64,000 nucleotides of DNA from an uncultured Acidobacteriota bacterium (GTDB taxonomy: Bacteria > Acidobacteriota > Blastocatellia > RBC074), in NCBI GenBank assembly GCA_963796275.1, contig CAWCKY010000004.1, positions 384,001-448,000 of the forward strand, written 5' to 3'. Position 1 is the stretch's first letter. Every line of letters starts with the position of its first letter. This document shows positions 21,607 to 31,778 of the stretch, one piece after another. A model generated the notes under the pieces. That model did no database searches. It saw only the letters and a program-made list of their open reading frames with translations, and was not told where the DNA came from. A program made the position numbers and the translations under genes.

Positions 21607-21663
21607 GATTGCGAGCTGCGGATGCATAATCTGCGATCCGCCATCTAGAATCGGCAATCCGCA
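21607..21663. repeat. Inverted heptamer array (GATTGCG / AATCCGC family)
   Basis: gattgcgagctgcggatg ... aatctgcgatccgccatctagaatcggcaatccgc; the same family occurs at 36648-36782. Confidence 0.6.
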
Positions 21664-21677
21664 AACGCCCTTCCCAA

Positions 21678-22703
21678 ATGCTCACCACCATAGCCGTTGA
21701 CGCCATGGGTGGGGACAATGCCCCCGCCATCGAGGTTAAAGGCGCGATTGAGGCAGCGCACGACCTACGCGCTCGCATACTTCTCGTCGGGCAAGAAGAG
21801 CGAATCCGCGCGGAATTGGAACGGCAGGGCGTTCCCAATCCCCGCAAACAACGCCTGCATATCGAAATCGTCGATGCGAGAGAAGTAATCACGATGCACG
21901 ATCCCGTGGTCCAGGCCGTACGCCGGAAACGAGATTCTTCAATTCGCGTCGCAGCCCGCCTGGTTCGCGAAGGCAGGGCACACGGCATGGTGAGCGCGGG
22001 CAACACCGGCGCGGTGATGGCGACCGCCAAGCTCATGCTCGGCACCCTTCCTTCAGTAGATCGCCCTGCGCTCGCGGGCATCTTCCCTACTCTCAAAGGC
22101 GCGGGAACTGTGCTGCTCGACGTGGGAGCCAATGCCGAATGCAAGCCGGAGCATCTCAAACAGTTCGCGATCATGGGATCGATCTATTCCCGCTCAATCC
22201 TCGGGGTGCGCCATCCCAAAGTTGGGTTAATGAGCATCGGCGAGGAGGACCTCAAAGGAAATGAGTTGACCAAAGAAACCCTGAATCTTTTGAGAACCGC
22301 GCCCATCAATTTTATCGGCAACGTGGAAGGACGTGATATGTTCACCGGAGATGTCGACGTGATAGTCTCCGATGGCTTTACGGGCAATGTCATTTTGAAA
22401 ACGAGCGAAGGACTGGTTGAAGCGATCATGGGCCTGCTCAAAACGGAACTCGGACAAACGATTCTGACACAGATCGGGGCCATGCTTTCACTCAACGCAT
22501 TCCGCAGCGTCAAGAAACGGCTGGATTATTCGGAGTTCGGCGGAGCGCCTCTGCTGGGCTGCAAACAGATCTGCGTCATCTGTCACGGCAGCTCCAATCC
22601 GAAAGCGATCCGCAATGCGATTCGCGTCGCCCGCGAGTTCTATAAAGGCAAATTGAGCGAACGCATCGAGAGCGATCTGAGTCAAATGGCAGTGAACGGT
22701 TGA
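21678..22703 (+). CDS. plsX: Phosphate acyltransferase PlsX
   Basis: IAVDAMGGDNAP, SAGNTGA, LDVGAN, GNVEG, DGFTGN, GGAPLLG. Confidence 0.97.
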   Translation: MLTTIAVDAMGGDNAPAIEVKGAIEAAHDLRARILLVGQEERIRAELERQGVPNPRKQRLHIEIVDAREVITMHDPVVQAVRRKRDSSIRVAARLVREGRAHGMVSAGNTGAVMATAKLMLGTLPSVDRPALAGIFPTLKGAGTVLLDVGANAECKPEHLKQFAIMGSIYSRSILGVRHPKVGLMSIGEEDLKGNELTKETLNLLRTAPINFIGNVEGRDMFTGDVDVIVSDGFTGNVILKTSEGLVEAIMGLLKTELGQTILTQIGAMLSLNAFRSVKKRLDYSEFGGAPLLGCKQICVICHGSSNPKAIRNAIRVAREFYKGKLSERIESDLSQMAVNG

Positions 22704-22704
22704 T

Positions 22705-22778
22705 AGTTTTCAGTTTTCAGCTTTCAGCGAGAACTGGAAGCTCCACCTACCGACTGAAAACTGAAAACTGAAAACTGA
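22705..22778. repeat. Inverted heptamer array (AGTTTTC / GAAAACT family)
   Basis: agttttcagttttcagctttcag ... ctgaaaactgaaaactgaaaactg; the same family occurs at 24755-24827. Confidence 0.8.
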
Positions 22779-22784
22779 ATTTCT

Positions 22785-23708
22785 ATGGGTAAAATCGCAT
22801 TCGTTTTCCCCGGTCAAGGCTCGCAGCATGCGGGGATGGGGCGTGATCTGGCGGAGAACTATCCGCCGGCCCGGGCCGTGTTCGACGAAGCGGACGAAGC
22901 ACTCGGCTTCGAGTTGAGCGGGCTCTGCTTCAACGGCCCCGAAGAGGAACTGCAACTTACCGCAAATACGCAGCCCGCGATTCTGACCGTATCGGTGGCC
23001 GCATTCCGCGTGTTGGCAGCGAAAGGCGTCACCCCCGATTTCGTTGCCGGCCACAGTTTAGGCGAATATTCCGCGCTGGTCGCGGCGGGTTCTTTGAGTT
23101 TGTCCGATGCCGTTCGCCTCGTTCGCCGTCGGGGCGAATTGATGCAGGATGCCGTGCCGGTAGGCGTCGGCGCTATGGCTGCGATCCTGGGGATCGATGC
23201 CGTTAAGGTGACGGAAGCATGCGCCATCGCCTCCGGCGATCAGATCTGCGCGCCGGCCAATTTCAATACGCCGTCGCAGACAGTCCTCGCCGGACACAAG
23301 GAAGCGGTTGAACGGGCGATAGAAGAGTGCAAGGCGCGAGGGGCAAAGCGCGCAATGATGCTGAAGGTAAGCGCACCGTTTCATTCCGCCCTGATGATGC
23401 CAGCGCAAGAAAAAATGGCGGGACCGCTGCGAGAGACGACATTCAACGACCTGTCGATCCCGTTAATAAATAACGTAGACGCAGCGCTCGTAACCAGCGG
23501 CTCCGTGGCATGCGAGGCCCTCATACGCCAGATTTCCACCCCGGTACGCTGGACTGATATTATTCTCAAAATGTTCGAGCACGATGTTGGCACTTTCGTT
23601 GAAGTCGGCCATGGCAAAGTATTGGCAGGACTAGTCAAATCAATCGCAAAAGAAGCAGAAAAAGAGATCAGGTTGCTCACTGTGGAAGAACAGCTATGTT
23701 TAGTTTGA
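22785..23708 (+). CDS. fabD: Malonyl-CoA:ACP transacylase
   Basis: FPGQGSQ, AGHSLGEY, VSAPFHS. Confidence 0.97.
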   Translation: MGKIAFVFPGQGSQHAGMGRDLAENYPPARAVFDEADEALGFELSGLCFNGPEEELQLTANTQPAILTVSVAAFRVLAAKGVTPDFVAGHSLGEYSALVAAGSLSLSDAVRLVRRRGELMQDAVPVGVGAMAAILGIDAVKVTEACAIASGDQICAPANFNTPSQTVLAGHKEAVERAIEECKARGAKRAMMLKVSAPFHSALMMPAQEKMAGPLRETTFNDLSIPLINNVDAALVTSGSVACEALIRQISTPVRWTDIILKMFEHDVGTFVEVGHGKVLAGLVKSIAKEAEKEIRLLTVEEQLCLV

Positions 23709-24439
23709 ACGGACAAATCGCACTGGTAACCGGCGGATCGCAGGGCATCGGCCGCGCCACCGCATTGCTGTTGGGCAAGCTCGGCGCAGATGTGGCCGTC
23801 ATGGCCCGTTCGCTCGATAGATGCCAGGCGACCGCTGATGAGATTCGAGCTGGCGGCCGACGCGCTGTCGCGCTACGCGCCGACCTGGCCAATCTTGATG
23901 AGATCAAGGGCGGGGTTGAAAAGGTCGCCAAGGAGCTGGGGCCGATCAGCATTCTCGTCAATAACGCGGCGATTACGCGCGACGGATTGATGTTGCGGAT
24001 GAAGCGCGAGGACTGGCAGGACGTGATAGACACAAATCTGACCGGCGTCTTCCTGCTAACCCAACAAGTTTTACCAATGATGACGAAGGCGCGCCGCGGC
24101 CGCATCATCAATCTCACTTCGGTCGTTGCCCAGGCGGGCAATGTCGGTCAGATCAATTACATTTCGGCAAAAGCGGGAATCATCGGATTCACGAAGGCGA
24201 TTGCGCGCGAATACGCTTCGCGCAATATCACGGTCAATGCTATCTCACCCGGTTTTATCGAAACACCAATGACGGCGGTTCTGAATGAAGCGGCGCGCAA
24301 CGCGATGCTTGAACAGATACCGTTGAAACGTGCCGGAACAGATGTCGATGTAGCTAACGCTGTTGCATTTCTCGCCTCGGATGAGGCAGGCTATATCACT
24401 GGTCAGGTGCTGAATATTAATGGTGGAATGTACATGTGA
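23696..24439 (+). CDS. fabG: 3-oxoacyl-ACP reductase
   Basis: [35 protein letters not shown]. Confidence 0.96.
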   Translation: MFSLNGQIALVTGGSQGIGRATALLLGKLGADVAVMARSLDRCQATADEIRAGGRRAVALRADLANLDEIKGGVEKVAKELGPISILVNNAAITRDGLMLRMKREDWQDVIDTNLTGVFLLTQQVLPMMTKARRGRIINLTSVVAQAGNVGQINYISAKAGIIGFTKAIAREYASRNITVNAISPGFIETPMTAVLNEAARNAMLEQIPLKRAGTDVDVANAVAFLASDEAGYITGQVLNINGGMYM

Positions 24440-24485
24440 TAGCAGGCGTTTTGAACATAATCTAAATCATTATTTGGAGGAACTC

Positions 24486-24725
24486 ATGGCAGAATCAATT
24501 GAGGAAAAGGTAAAACAGATTATCGTGGATGAACTGGGCGTGGACGAAACAGAAGTGACGCCGAATGCCCGTTTCATCGACGACCTGGGGGCGGATTCGC
24601 TCGATACGGTCGAGCTGGTGATGCGTTTCGAGGAGGAGTTCGGGATCGAAATTCCTGATGAGGAGGCCGAGAAGATACAGAGCGTACGCGATGCGATCGC
24701 TTATATTGACGAACATAAAAAGTAA
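24486..24725 (+). CDS. acpP: Acyl carrier protein
   Basis: [14 protein letters not shown] motif; ATG 24486 follows GGAGG. Confidence 0.97.
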   Translation: MAESIEEKVKQIIVDELGVDETEVTPNARFIDDLGADSLDTVELVMRFEEEFGIEIPDEEAEKIQSVRDAIAYIDEHKK

Positions 24726-24845
24726 TTACCCCCGCAAAGCCCTGATACGATGAAAGATTTCAGTTTTCAGTTTTCAGTCGGGTAGTCTCGATCGATAACT
24801 GCAAACTGTGGACTGGAAACTGAAAATTATTTTCTGAGGAGGGAT

Positions 24846-26096
24846 GTGAACAACCATATGATCAAGAAGCGCGTGGTAGTCACGGGCATGGGTTTGGTCA
24901 GCCCCCTCGGCAATACAACCGAGGAAACCTGGGATGGATTGATTGCCGGCCGAAGCGGCGTTGATTACATCACGCGCTTTGACACAAGCCGGCATAAAGT
25001 CAGATTCGCTGCTGAGACGAGGGGGTTCGATCCGCTCAAATTCGTCGAGAAGAAGGAGCTCAAGAAGATGGATTATTTCATCTTCTTTGCTATCGCTGCT
25101 GCGAAAGAGGCGCTCGATGATTCCTCGCTGAAGATTACCCCCGATAACGCGGAAGAGATCGGAGTCTACATCGGGAGCGGCATCGGCGGGTTCGGCGTTT
25201 TCGAACGCGAGCACAAGACGATGCTGGAAGATGGCCCGGATCGCATCTCGCCCTTCTTTATTCCGGCATCGATCATCAATCTCGCCTCGGGTTATGTATC
25301 GATCTATTCCGGAGCGAAGGGCCCAAACTCAGCGACAGCGACCGCATGTAGCTCAGGCGCTCATGCTCTAGGCGACAGTTTCAAAATCATCCAGCGGGGA
25401 GATGCGGTGGCAATGATCTGTGGCGGATCGGAAGGCGCCATCACCCCCATGTCGGTCGGCGGTTTCGGCGCGATGCGCGCGCTCTCGACACGGAATGACG
25501 ATCCGTCGCGAGCTTCACGCCCGTTCGACAAAGCCCGCGATGGGTTCGTCATCGGTGAAGGAGCCGGGATACTGGTCCTCGAGGAACTCGAGCACGCCAA
25601 AGCGCGCGGTGCCAAAATATATGCGGAGATTGTGGGTTACGCGATGACCAGCGATGCCTTCCATATCACTATGCCCGATATCAACGGCCCTCGCCGCGTC
25701 ATGCTCAAAGTGATCAAAGATGCGGGAATCGATCCGAATGAAGTTGATTACATCAATGTCCACGGGACATCGACACCGGCGGGTGATGTTAACGAGACCA
25801 ACGCGATCAAAAGCGCCTTCGGCGACCACGCCTATAAACTCGCAGCCAGTTCAACCAAATCGATGACGGGACATTTGCTCGGAGGCGCCGGCGGACTCGA
25901 AGGGGGAATCACTGCCCTCGCAGTACAACGGCAGATACTACCGCCGACCATCAACTATGATATTCCCGACCCCGAATGCGATCTCGATTATGTGCCGAAT
26001 CAGGCGCGCGCTGCGAAGGTTCGATACGCTTTGTCGAACAGCTTCGGTTTTGGCGGGACCAACGCAGCCCTCCTCTTCAGACGATACGATGAATAA
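24846..26096 (+). CDS. fabF: 3-oxoacyl-ACP synthase II
   Basis: RVVVTGMG, TACSSG, HGTST, GHLLGG, NSFGFGGTN. Confidence 0.97.
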   Translation: MNNHMIKKRVVVTGMGLVSPLGNTTEETWDGLIAGRSGVDYITRFDTSRHKVRFAAETRGFDPLKFVEKKELKKMDYFIFFAIAAAKEALDDSSLKITPDNAEEIGVYIGSGIGGFGVFEREHKTMLEDGPDRISPFFIPASIINLASGYVSIYSGAKGPNSATATACSSGAHALGDSFKIIQRGDAVAMICGGSEGAITPMSVGGFGAMRALSTRNDDPSRASRPFDKARDGFVIGEGAGILVLEELEHAKARGAKIYAEIVGYAMTSDAFHITMPDINGPRRVMLKVIKDAGIDPNEVDYINVHGTSTPAGDVNETNAIKSAFGDHAYKLAASSTKSMTGHLLGGAGGLEGGITALAVQRQILPPTINYDIPDPECDLDYVPNQARAAKVRYALSNSFGFGGTNAALLFRRYDE

Positions 26097-26149
26097 TTGA
26101 TAATTCGTATAAGCTACGCCAACAATTTATACGAACTATCAATTATCAA

Positions 26150-27244
26150 TTATTCCGGATCTTTTCCCACATCTGCTTTTTCCATCTTCGCGGTATAGCC
26201 AAGCCGCGTGCGTGCGATCAATTTTCGGTTGTCCTTGGACTTGACGGAGACCCTGACTGAGCGGTAACTGCCATCTTTCCTCTCATTGGTCGGATAATAA
26301 TTGATGGTGTATTGCGAGCGGAGGTCTTTGCTTATCTGGGCCGAGATGGCATCCATCTCTTTGACATCTTGCGGAAAGAAGGCGCGACCGCCCGACTCGT
26401 CGGCCAGCCGAGTGAGCAAAGCTCGGGCTTTCAGGTTGGAATCCACACTGAGTGCGCTGCTCGACTCTTCATCGGGGATGAAACCGATGAAATAGACCTG
26501 AGCTTCACTCTCTTTTATCGCGGACATCACCTCGTTCTCTCTCGATAAGCTGTTTCTCTCGACTCCGTCGCTGATGACAATCAGAGCTTTGCGCCTCAGT
26601 TTGCCGGTCTTGGTGACATACTCGGATGTGTTGATGACGGCGTCCAGCATCGCCGTGCCACCATCCGGCACAAGCGCACTCAAAGCAGTTTCCAGTTTTT
26701 TCTTGTCGGTGGTGAATGATTGAACCAGTTCGGTCCGATACTGAAATTGTGCAACGAAGCCCTCGTCATCAGGCTTCATCTCTTTGAGCAGATCCCGGAC
26801 GGAGGCCGTCACCGACTCAAGTTTAGAGCGCATGCTCCCCGACGCATCTAGAACCAGGCCGAAGCTGATCGGCGTCTCCTCACGGTTCACCGACTCGATT
26901 ACCTGAGGGATCTTGTCCTCGAGAACCGTGAAGTTCTCTTTGTCCAGATCGTAGACCGGCGTGTTGGTCTGATCGATGACAGTCACGTCGAGCTGAACCA
27001 GCCCCGTGTCGATTTTGACGATCTCGTCGCTGAGATCGATCGGTTGATCGTCTATCTTCGCGGGCGGACGAGATTCCAGATTTTTGGGCGGTATGATCTT
27101 GAATGATTGCGTGGGCAATTGAGGAGCCGGTTTCGGCTTCGGCTTATCCTGCTTCTGCGCGGAAACCCGGACAATTGTAGAGAGAATAAAGAGGCACACC
27201 AATAAAATAAATCCTGACCTAAAAAATAACCTGTAGTTACCCAT
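26150..27244 (-). CDS. Exported VWA-domain protein (acidobacterial VWFA-like)
   Basis: Signal peptide, MIDAS DASGSM...GGT..D...ISDG, LRSQYTINYYPTN, RTRLGY. Confidence 0.88.
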   Translation of the reverse strand: MGNYRLFFRSGFILLVCLFILSTIVRVSAQKQDKPKPKPAPQLPTQSFKIIPPKNLESRPPAKIDDQPIDLSDEIVKIDTGLVQLDVTVIDQTNTPVYDLDKENFTVLEDKIPQVIESVNREETPISFGLVLDASGSMRSKLESVTASVRDLLKEMKPDDEGFVAQFQYRTELVQSFTTDKKKLETALSALVPDGGTAMLDAVINTSEYVTKTGKLRRKALIVISDGVERNSLSRENEVMSAIKESEAQVYFIGFIPDEESSSALSVDSNLKARALLTRLADESGGRAFFPQDVKEMDAISAQISKDLRSQYTINYYPTNERKDGSYRSVRVSVKSKDNRKLIARTRLGYTAKMEKADVGKDPE

Positions 27245-27484
27245 CGATAATCCTCTATTTATTTAGCCGGGATGAAGCCGGCTACAGAATTAGGAGGGAA
27301 GAATGAGACATTATACATGGAATTAGTTTGAATGAGCGCTCGCCGAAGTTTTATATAAAAAAAATAATGTTAGTGTATCGGGAAGTATCGACACAAAAAC
27401 ACAAAAGTGACACAAATGAAATTCAAATAGACACAGATGAGACATCGCTCGAGGCTATTCATCACTCTCGTCTCGCATGGTGTA

Positions 27485-28156
27485 TCACTGGGTCTCTGCG
27501 CGTTGCGGGAACAATCTCAACAGCGCCCACTCTATCCCCCACAACGTTATCCCGATAACTGAGGTCGATATCACCCAGTACAACCAATAGCTGCTGACCG
27601 TATCCTGCCAGATATCGTAGACGCGATGAGCCGTGTTGATATTGAACTCCGGCGGCGTGACGAATCGGCAAATGAACTGCACAAGTATGAACGAAATAAG
27701 AGCGGCCAGCCATGACTGCGATTGCGCGCGCACTTTTGCGATCGCCAATAACCCGACGACCGTCCCGCCCAAATGAGACGCGATCGAGACCGGCGTGACG
27801 ATATTGATCAAGTACATGTCGATAATCCACGGGGGGAGGCCGAAGATAAGCAAGAGCACAGACAGGCGAATTATCAGAGGGTTGGCGAGAAATAATCCGG
27901 CAGCCAAGAACAAGTTAGCCAGATGACACATCCACAACATCTGGCTCGCCTGGCCGAGCTGCTGATAGGCGACAAAACGCGCAACAAACAATATAAGGGG
28001 AAGCCAACCCAGTGACCTGAACCAGTAGGATTTCCAATCGGGGTATACGGGACCACCGGGGCCAGCCGGGCAATCAAGTTGTTCCCTGCCCTCACTTATC
28101 TTCATTGCTTGATTCTCCATCAAATTTTGTTGAATAATGGCGCGGAATTCCACCAC
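27485..28156 (-). CDS. Hypothetical integral membrane protein
   Basis: About six hydrophobic segments with WMCH, SH and N-x-N polar motifs; the true start is uncertain. Confidence 0.7.
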   Translation of the reverse strand: MVEFRAIIQQNLMENQAMKISEGREQLDCPAGPGGPVYPDWKSYWFRSLGWLPLILFVARFVAYQQLGQASQMLWMCHLANLFLAAGLFLANPLIIRLSVLLLIFGLPPWIIDMYLINIVTPVSIASHLGGTVVGLLAIAKVRAQSQSWLAALISFILVQFICRFVTPPEFNINTAHRVYDIWQDTVSSYWLYWVISTSVIGITLWGIEWALLRLFPQRAETQ

Positions 28157-28287
28157 TTACACCCAATCGGACGCAAATAGTTTTACGCTCGGCGAAAGCG
28201 TTGGTTATAATACTAATCATCCGGCACACATCTCACGTGTCCCGAATCTCAAGCGCAAAGGCAGGCGCATATGTGGAGTTGCATGAG

Positions 28288-30573
28288 ATGGATCAATTTA
28301 TTCAGTTATTCTTCAAGCACAAGTGGTCAACTTTTGCCAAAGGGGAGCTTAGCTTTGCCAATCGCCCATCGTGGCTTTTGACGATCCTCGTCGCACTCGC
28401 CATCGTGCTGCTCGTCTACTTCCTTTATATTCGACCCGCTTATCGCATCAACTCTCGCATGAAATGGGGATTGATAGCTCTGCGGGCGACTCTGATGGCA
28501 TTACTTCTGATACTGATCATGCGTCCGGTCGTGGTGGTGCCTTCGGTCATTCCCAAGAGCACCAGCGTTGCGGTTCTCGCCGATGATTCGCGCAGCATGC
28601 AACTCGAGGATGAAAACAACCGTTCGCGCATGGCGGCCGCCCGAGAGATACTCGCTCCGGCTCATCAGTTCACGCGGGAGCTCGATGCGAAATTCAAAGT
28701 CAATCTCTATGGCTTCTCGACGACAGCGGTGAAGATCAAGGATGCTGCCGAATTGAAGGCCATGGGAGCGGCAACCGATCTATCAGGCGCTCTCGACGAG
28801 GCGGTTCAGGATTCCAGCGGTGCTGCGTTATCGGCCATCGTTGTGGTCAGCGATGGCGGCTCAAATACTCCGAAAGACCTGGGAGCGGAATTGCGTGAAC
28901 TGCGCGCGAAAAATATCCCCGTCTTCACCATCGGCGTCGGCAATCCCGATCGCTTCAAAGACGCCGAGATGGCGCGCGTCACGACGCCGCGCCGGGTATT
29001 GACCGGCTCGGCTGTTAGCGCTGATGTGCTGGTTCGCTTGAGCGGTTACCCCAGTAGCAAGGTAGCGCTGGCCGTGACCGAAGACGGGCGGGCGATCAAA
29101 ACACAACAGTTCGATGTCAAGGGAGGCGAATCGCAAACAGTGACGGTCGAGTTCACGCCGACATCTCCCGGTCCGCATCGTTATTCATTTGAAATCAAGC
29201 CGCTCGACGGCGAAACAACGGTGGAGAATAACGCGCAGGACGCTCTGATCGAGGTGACAAAAGATAACCCGAAAATCCTCTATATAGAAGGCGAGCCGCG
29301 CTGGGAATACGGTTTCTTACGCAAGTCTTTAGTCAAGAACGAGAAGAATCTGGTGCTGGTCTCCGTCAATCGCACAGCTGACGGCAAGTTCTATCGCCAG
29401 GGCGTCGAGAGCGGCGCGGAACTGACCAAAGGCTTCCCCGCCTCGATCGAAGAGTTGTTCGCTTATCAAGGCCTGATCATCGGGAGTATCGAGGCAAATT
29501 TCTTCACTTTCGACCAACTTAAATATATCGAGCAGTTCGCCGCCAAACGCGGAGGCGGAGTGCTGGCTATCGGAGGCGCCCGCTCTTTCGACGCCGGTAA
29601 GTATGCGAATTCACCGGTCGCCGATATGCTGCCGCTGACCCTGAATGACCAGATCGAAGAGCCCGAGATGCATATCGCATCGAACTATAAAGCGGTGCTT
29701 ACGCCGCGCGGCCGCGTTCATGCGGTCACCCGGCTCAATGAAGACCGCAACCTGAGTGCGAAGGCATGGGACGAACTGCCGCCGATCTCCATTCCCGAGA
29801 TAATCAATCAGACGAAACCCGGCGCGACCGTCATTCTCGAAGCGCGCAGCATCAATGACCGGACGCGCGTCGTCCCGCTGCTGGCTGAAGAGCGGTACGG
29901 GCGCGGTCGAACTCTGGCACTGACGACCAATGATACCTGGCGCTGGCGAATGGAGCAGGATTCAAAGAATACTTCGCACGAGAATTTCTGGAGGCAATTG
30001 CTGCGTTACCTGGTCTCCACTACGCCGAACCAATACGAGATTGCGTCTGAACGCGACGTATACGCGACCGCCGATATCATCAACCTGCGCGGCGATGTGA
30101 ATGATAATAAGTTCGATGCGGTCACTGACGCGCAGGTGACAGCGCGCATCACCAAACCGCAGGGAAGCACAGTCGAGATTCCCCTTGAGATCAATTACAA
30201 CGAAAAGGGCAGCGACTACCGCAACGAACTCACGGCCGATGAAAATGGGCTGTATCGCGTGGAAATGACGGCGCGCCGAGGCGGAACGACACTGGGGACA
30301 GCCGAATCTACCTTCTATGTCACCGATCGGACGCGCGAATTTCATGACGCCGCGCAGAACGTGGAGTTGCTCAAGCGCGTCGCCGCCGAGACCGGCGGCC
30401 AATATTTTCCGCTCAATCAGGCGAGCGATCTGCTCGATGAGATCACCATGCTCGAAGGCAAGAATTCCGAGCGTGTCAGCAAAGACCTGTGGGATATGCC
30501 GGTCAATTTTTTATTGCTCGTAGGATTGGCGAGCGCCGAGTGGTTTCTCCGTAAGCGCAAGGGATTGGCGTAG
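28288..30573 (+). CDS. Membrane-anchored VWA + Ig-like + GATase1-like protein
   Basis: N-terminal TMs, DDSRSM MIDAS, VSDG, ILYIEGEPRWEY, GRGR...TWRWRM, C-terminal TM ending EWFLRKRKGLA. ATG 28288 follows GGAG. Confidence 0.85.
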   Translation: MDQFIQLFFKHKWSTFAKGELSFANRPSWLLTILVALAIVLLVYFLYIRPAYRINSRMKWGLIALRATLMALLLILIMRPVVVVPSVIPKSTSVAVLADDSRSMQLEDENNRSRMAAAREILAPAHQFTRELDAKFKVNLYGFSTTAVKIKDAAELKAMGAATDLSGALDEAVQDSSGAALSAIVVVSDGGSNTPKDLGAELRELRAKNIPVFTIGVGNPDRFKDAEMARVTTPRRVLTGSAVSADVLVRLSGYPSSKVALAVTEDGRAIKTQQFDVKGGESQTVTVEFTPTSPGPHRYSFEIKPLDGETTVENNAQDALIEVTKDNPKILYIEGEPRWEYGFLRKSLVKNEKNLVLVSVNRTADGKFYRQGVESGAELTKGFPASIEELFAYQGLIIGSIEANFFTFDQLKYIEQFAAKRGGGVLAIGGARSFDAGKYANSPVADMLPLTLNDQIEEPEMHIASNYKAVLTPRGRVHAVTRLNEDRNLSAKAWDELPPISIPEIINQTKPGATVILEARSINDRTRVVPLLAEERYGRGRTLALTTNDTWRWRMEQDSKNTSHENFWRQLLRYLVSTTPNQYEIASERDVYATADIINLRGDVNDNKFDAVTDAQVTARITKPQGSTVEIPLEINYNEKGSDYRNELTADENGLYRVEMTARRGGTTLGTAESTFYVTDRTREFHDAAQNVELLKRVAAETGGQYFPLNQASDLLDEITMLEGKNSERVSKDLWDMPVNFLLLVGLASAEWFLRKRKGLA

Positions 30574-30664
30574 CGAAGTTCCTCAATATGTTATTAAGAG
30601 TCATAGTAGAGCTGCATTAGCGGCGATCGAGCCTGGCTCAAACCGCTGCCGGCGCGGCTTTGAA

Positions 30665-31762
30665 ATGCGAATATTGTCAATGTTAACAATTGTAATGCGT
30701 AATTTAGCCACGACATTTTTGCTCTCGGTCCTGTTAGGCGTAACAGCGTGCGCGCAGGATGTCCCTATCGTGCCGGAAGGGCAACAGAAAAAGAAACAAA
30801 CGGAGGAGACGAAAGCGGACGCCCCTGTTGCAGCAGTCACGCCGCGAATGCCGGCGGATAAAAATAAATTCGCGATCATCATCAGCGGAATCAGCGGCGA
30901 AGAGATTTACGCGAAAAACTTCGGCGAATGGACCGTCAAATTGCGCAAATCTCTGACCGAGAGTATGGGCTTCGCTGAGGATCAGGTTATCGTCTTCGCC
31001 GAGAAGCCGGCGGGCAAAGAGCAGCGCGCCTCGGCCGAGACGGTCAAACAAATTTTCGCAACCCTACAAGGGGCGATGAAGAGCGACAGTCAAATCTTCG
31101 TCTTTTTTATAGGCCACGGCAGTTATACCGATAAGATCGCCAAATTCAACCTGATCGGCCCGGACCTGGCGGCCAGCGATTACGCACAGATGATCGCCAA
31201 GCTGCCCGCGCGCAACATCGTCGTCGTCAATACGGCGAGCTCGAGCGGCGAGTTTATCAAACCGCTTTCGGGCAAGGGGCGCGTGATTGTGACGGCGACG
31301 CGCAGCGGGACAGAAACTAACGCCACTCGCTTCGCCGAATACTTCATCGACGCTCTGGGTAACAACGAAGCGGACTCCGACAAGAACGGCCGCGTCTCGG
31401 TGCTAGAAGCATTCGATTACGCGAGCAAACTTACGAATGAGTCGTATGTAAAAGCGGGAAAGATAGTGACCGAACATTCCTTGATCGACGACAACGGAGA
31501 TGGCGCTGGACACCCGAAGGCGGAAGCCGGCGACGGGACGCTGGCCCGAACGGTCTATTTCGATTCAATCCCGCAGATGCAGGCGGGCGGCGACGCCGAA
31601 CTTGCGCAACTTTTTTCCGAGCGGATGCGGCTTGAAGGCGAAATCGGCCAACTAAAGGGCCGCAAAGAGCAAATGAAACCGGAAGAATACGAGTCCGAGC
31701 TTGAAAAATTGTTGGTCGAACTCGCGAAAATCAATCAGAAAATCAAGGCAAAGCAGAAGTGA
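30665..31762 (+). CDS. Exported caspase/peptidase C13-like fold protein with C-terminal coiled coil
   Basis: FAIIISG, FVFFIGHGS, VVNTASSSG, VIVTAT, ADSDKNGRVSVLEAFDY. Confidence 0.72.
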   Translation: MRILSMLTIVMRNLATTFLLSVLLGVTACAQDVPIVPEGQQKKKQTEETKADAPVAAVTPRMPADKNKFAIIISGISGEEIYAKNFGEWTVKLRKSLTESMGFAEDQVIVFAEKPAGKEQRASAETVKQIFATLQGAMKSDSQIFVFFIGHGSYTDKIAKFNLIGPDLAASDYAQMIAKLPARNIVVVNTASSSGEFIKPLSGKGRVIVTATRSGTETNATRFAEYFIDALGNNEADSDKNGRVSVLEAFDYASKLTNESYVKAGKIVTEHSLIDDNGDGAGHPKAEAGDGTLARTVYFDSIPQMQAGGDAELAQLFSERMRLEGEIGQLKGRKEQMKPEEYESELEKLLVELAKINQKIKAKQK

Positions 31763-31778
31763 GAGCTATCGGTAACGT

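Noticed and set aside
22705-22778. CRISPR array or tRNA among the intergenic repeats
   Set aside because: Units are 7 bp with no unique spacers, there are no cas genes, and no cloverleaf or T-arm was seen.
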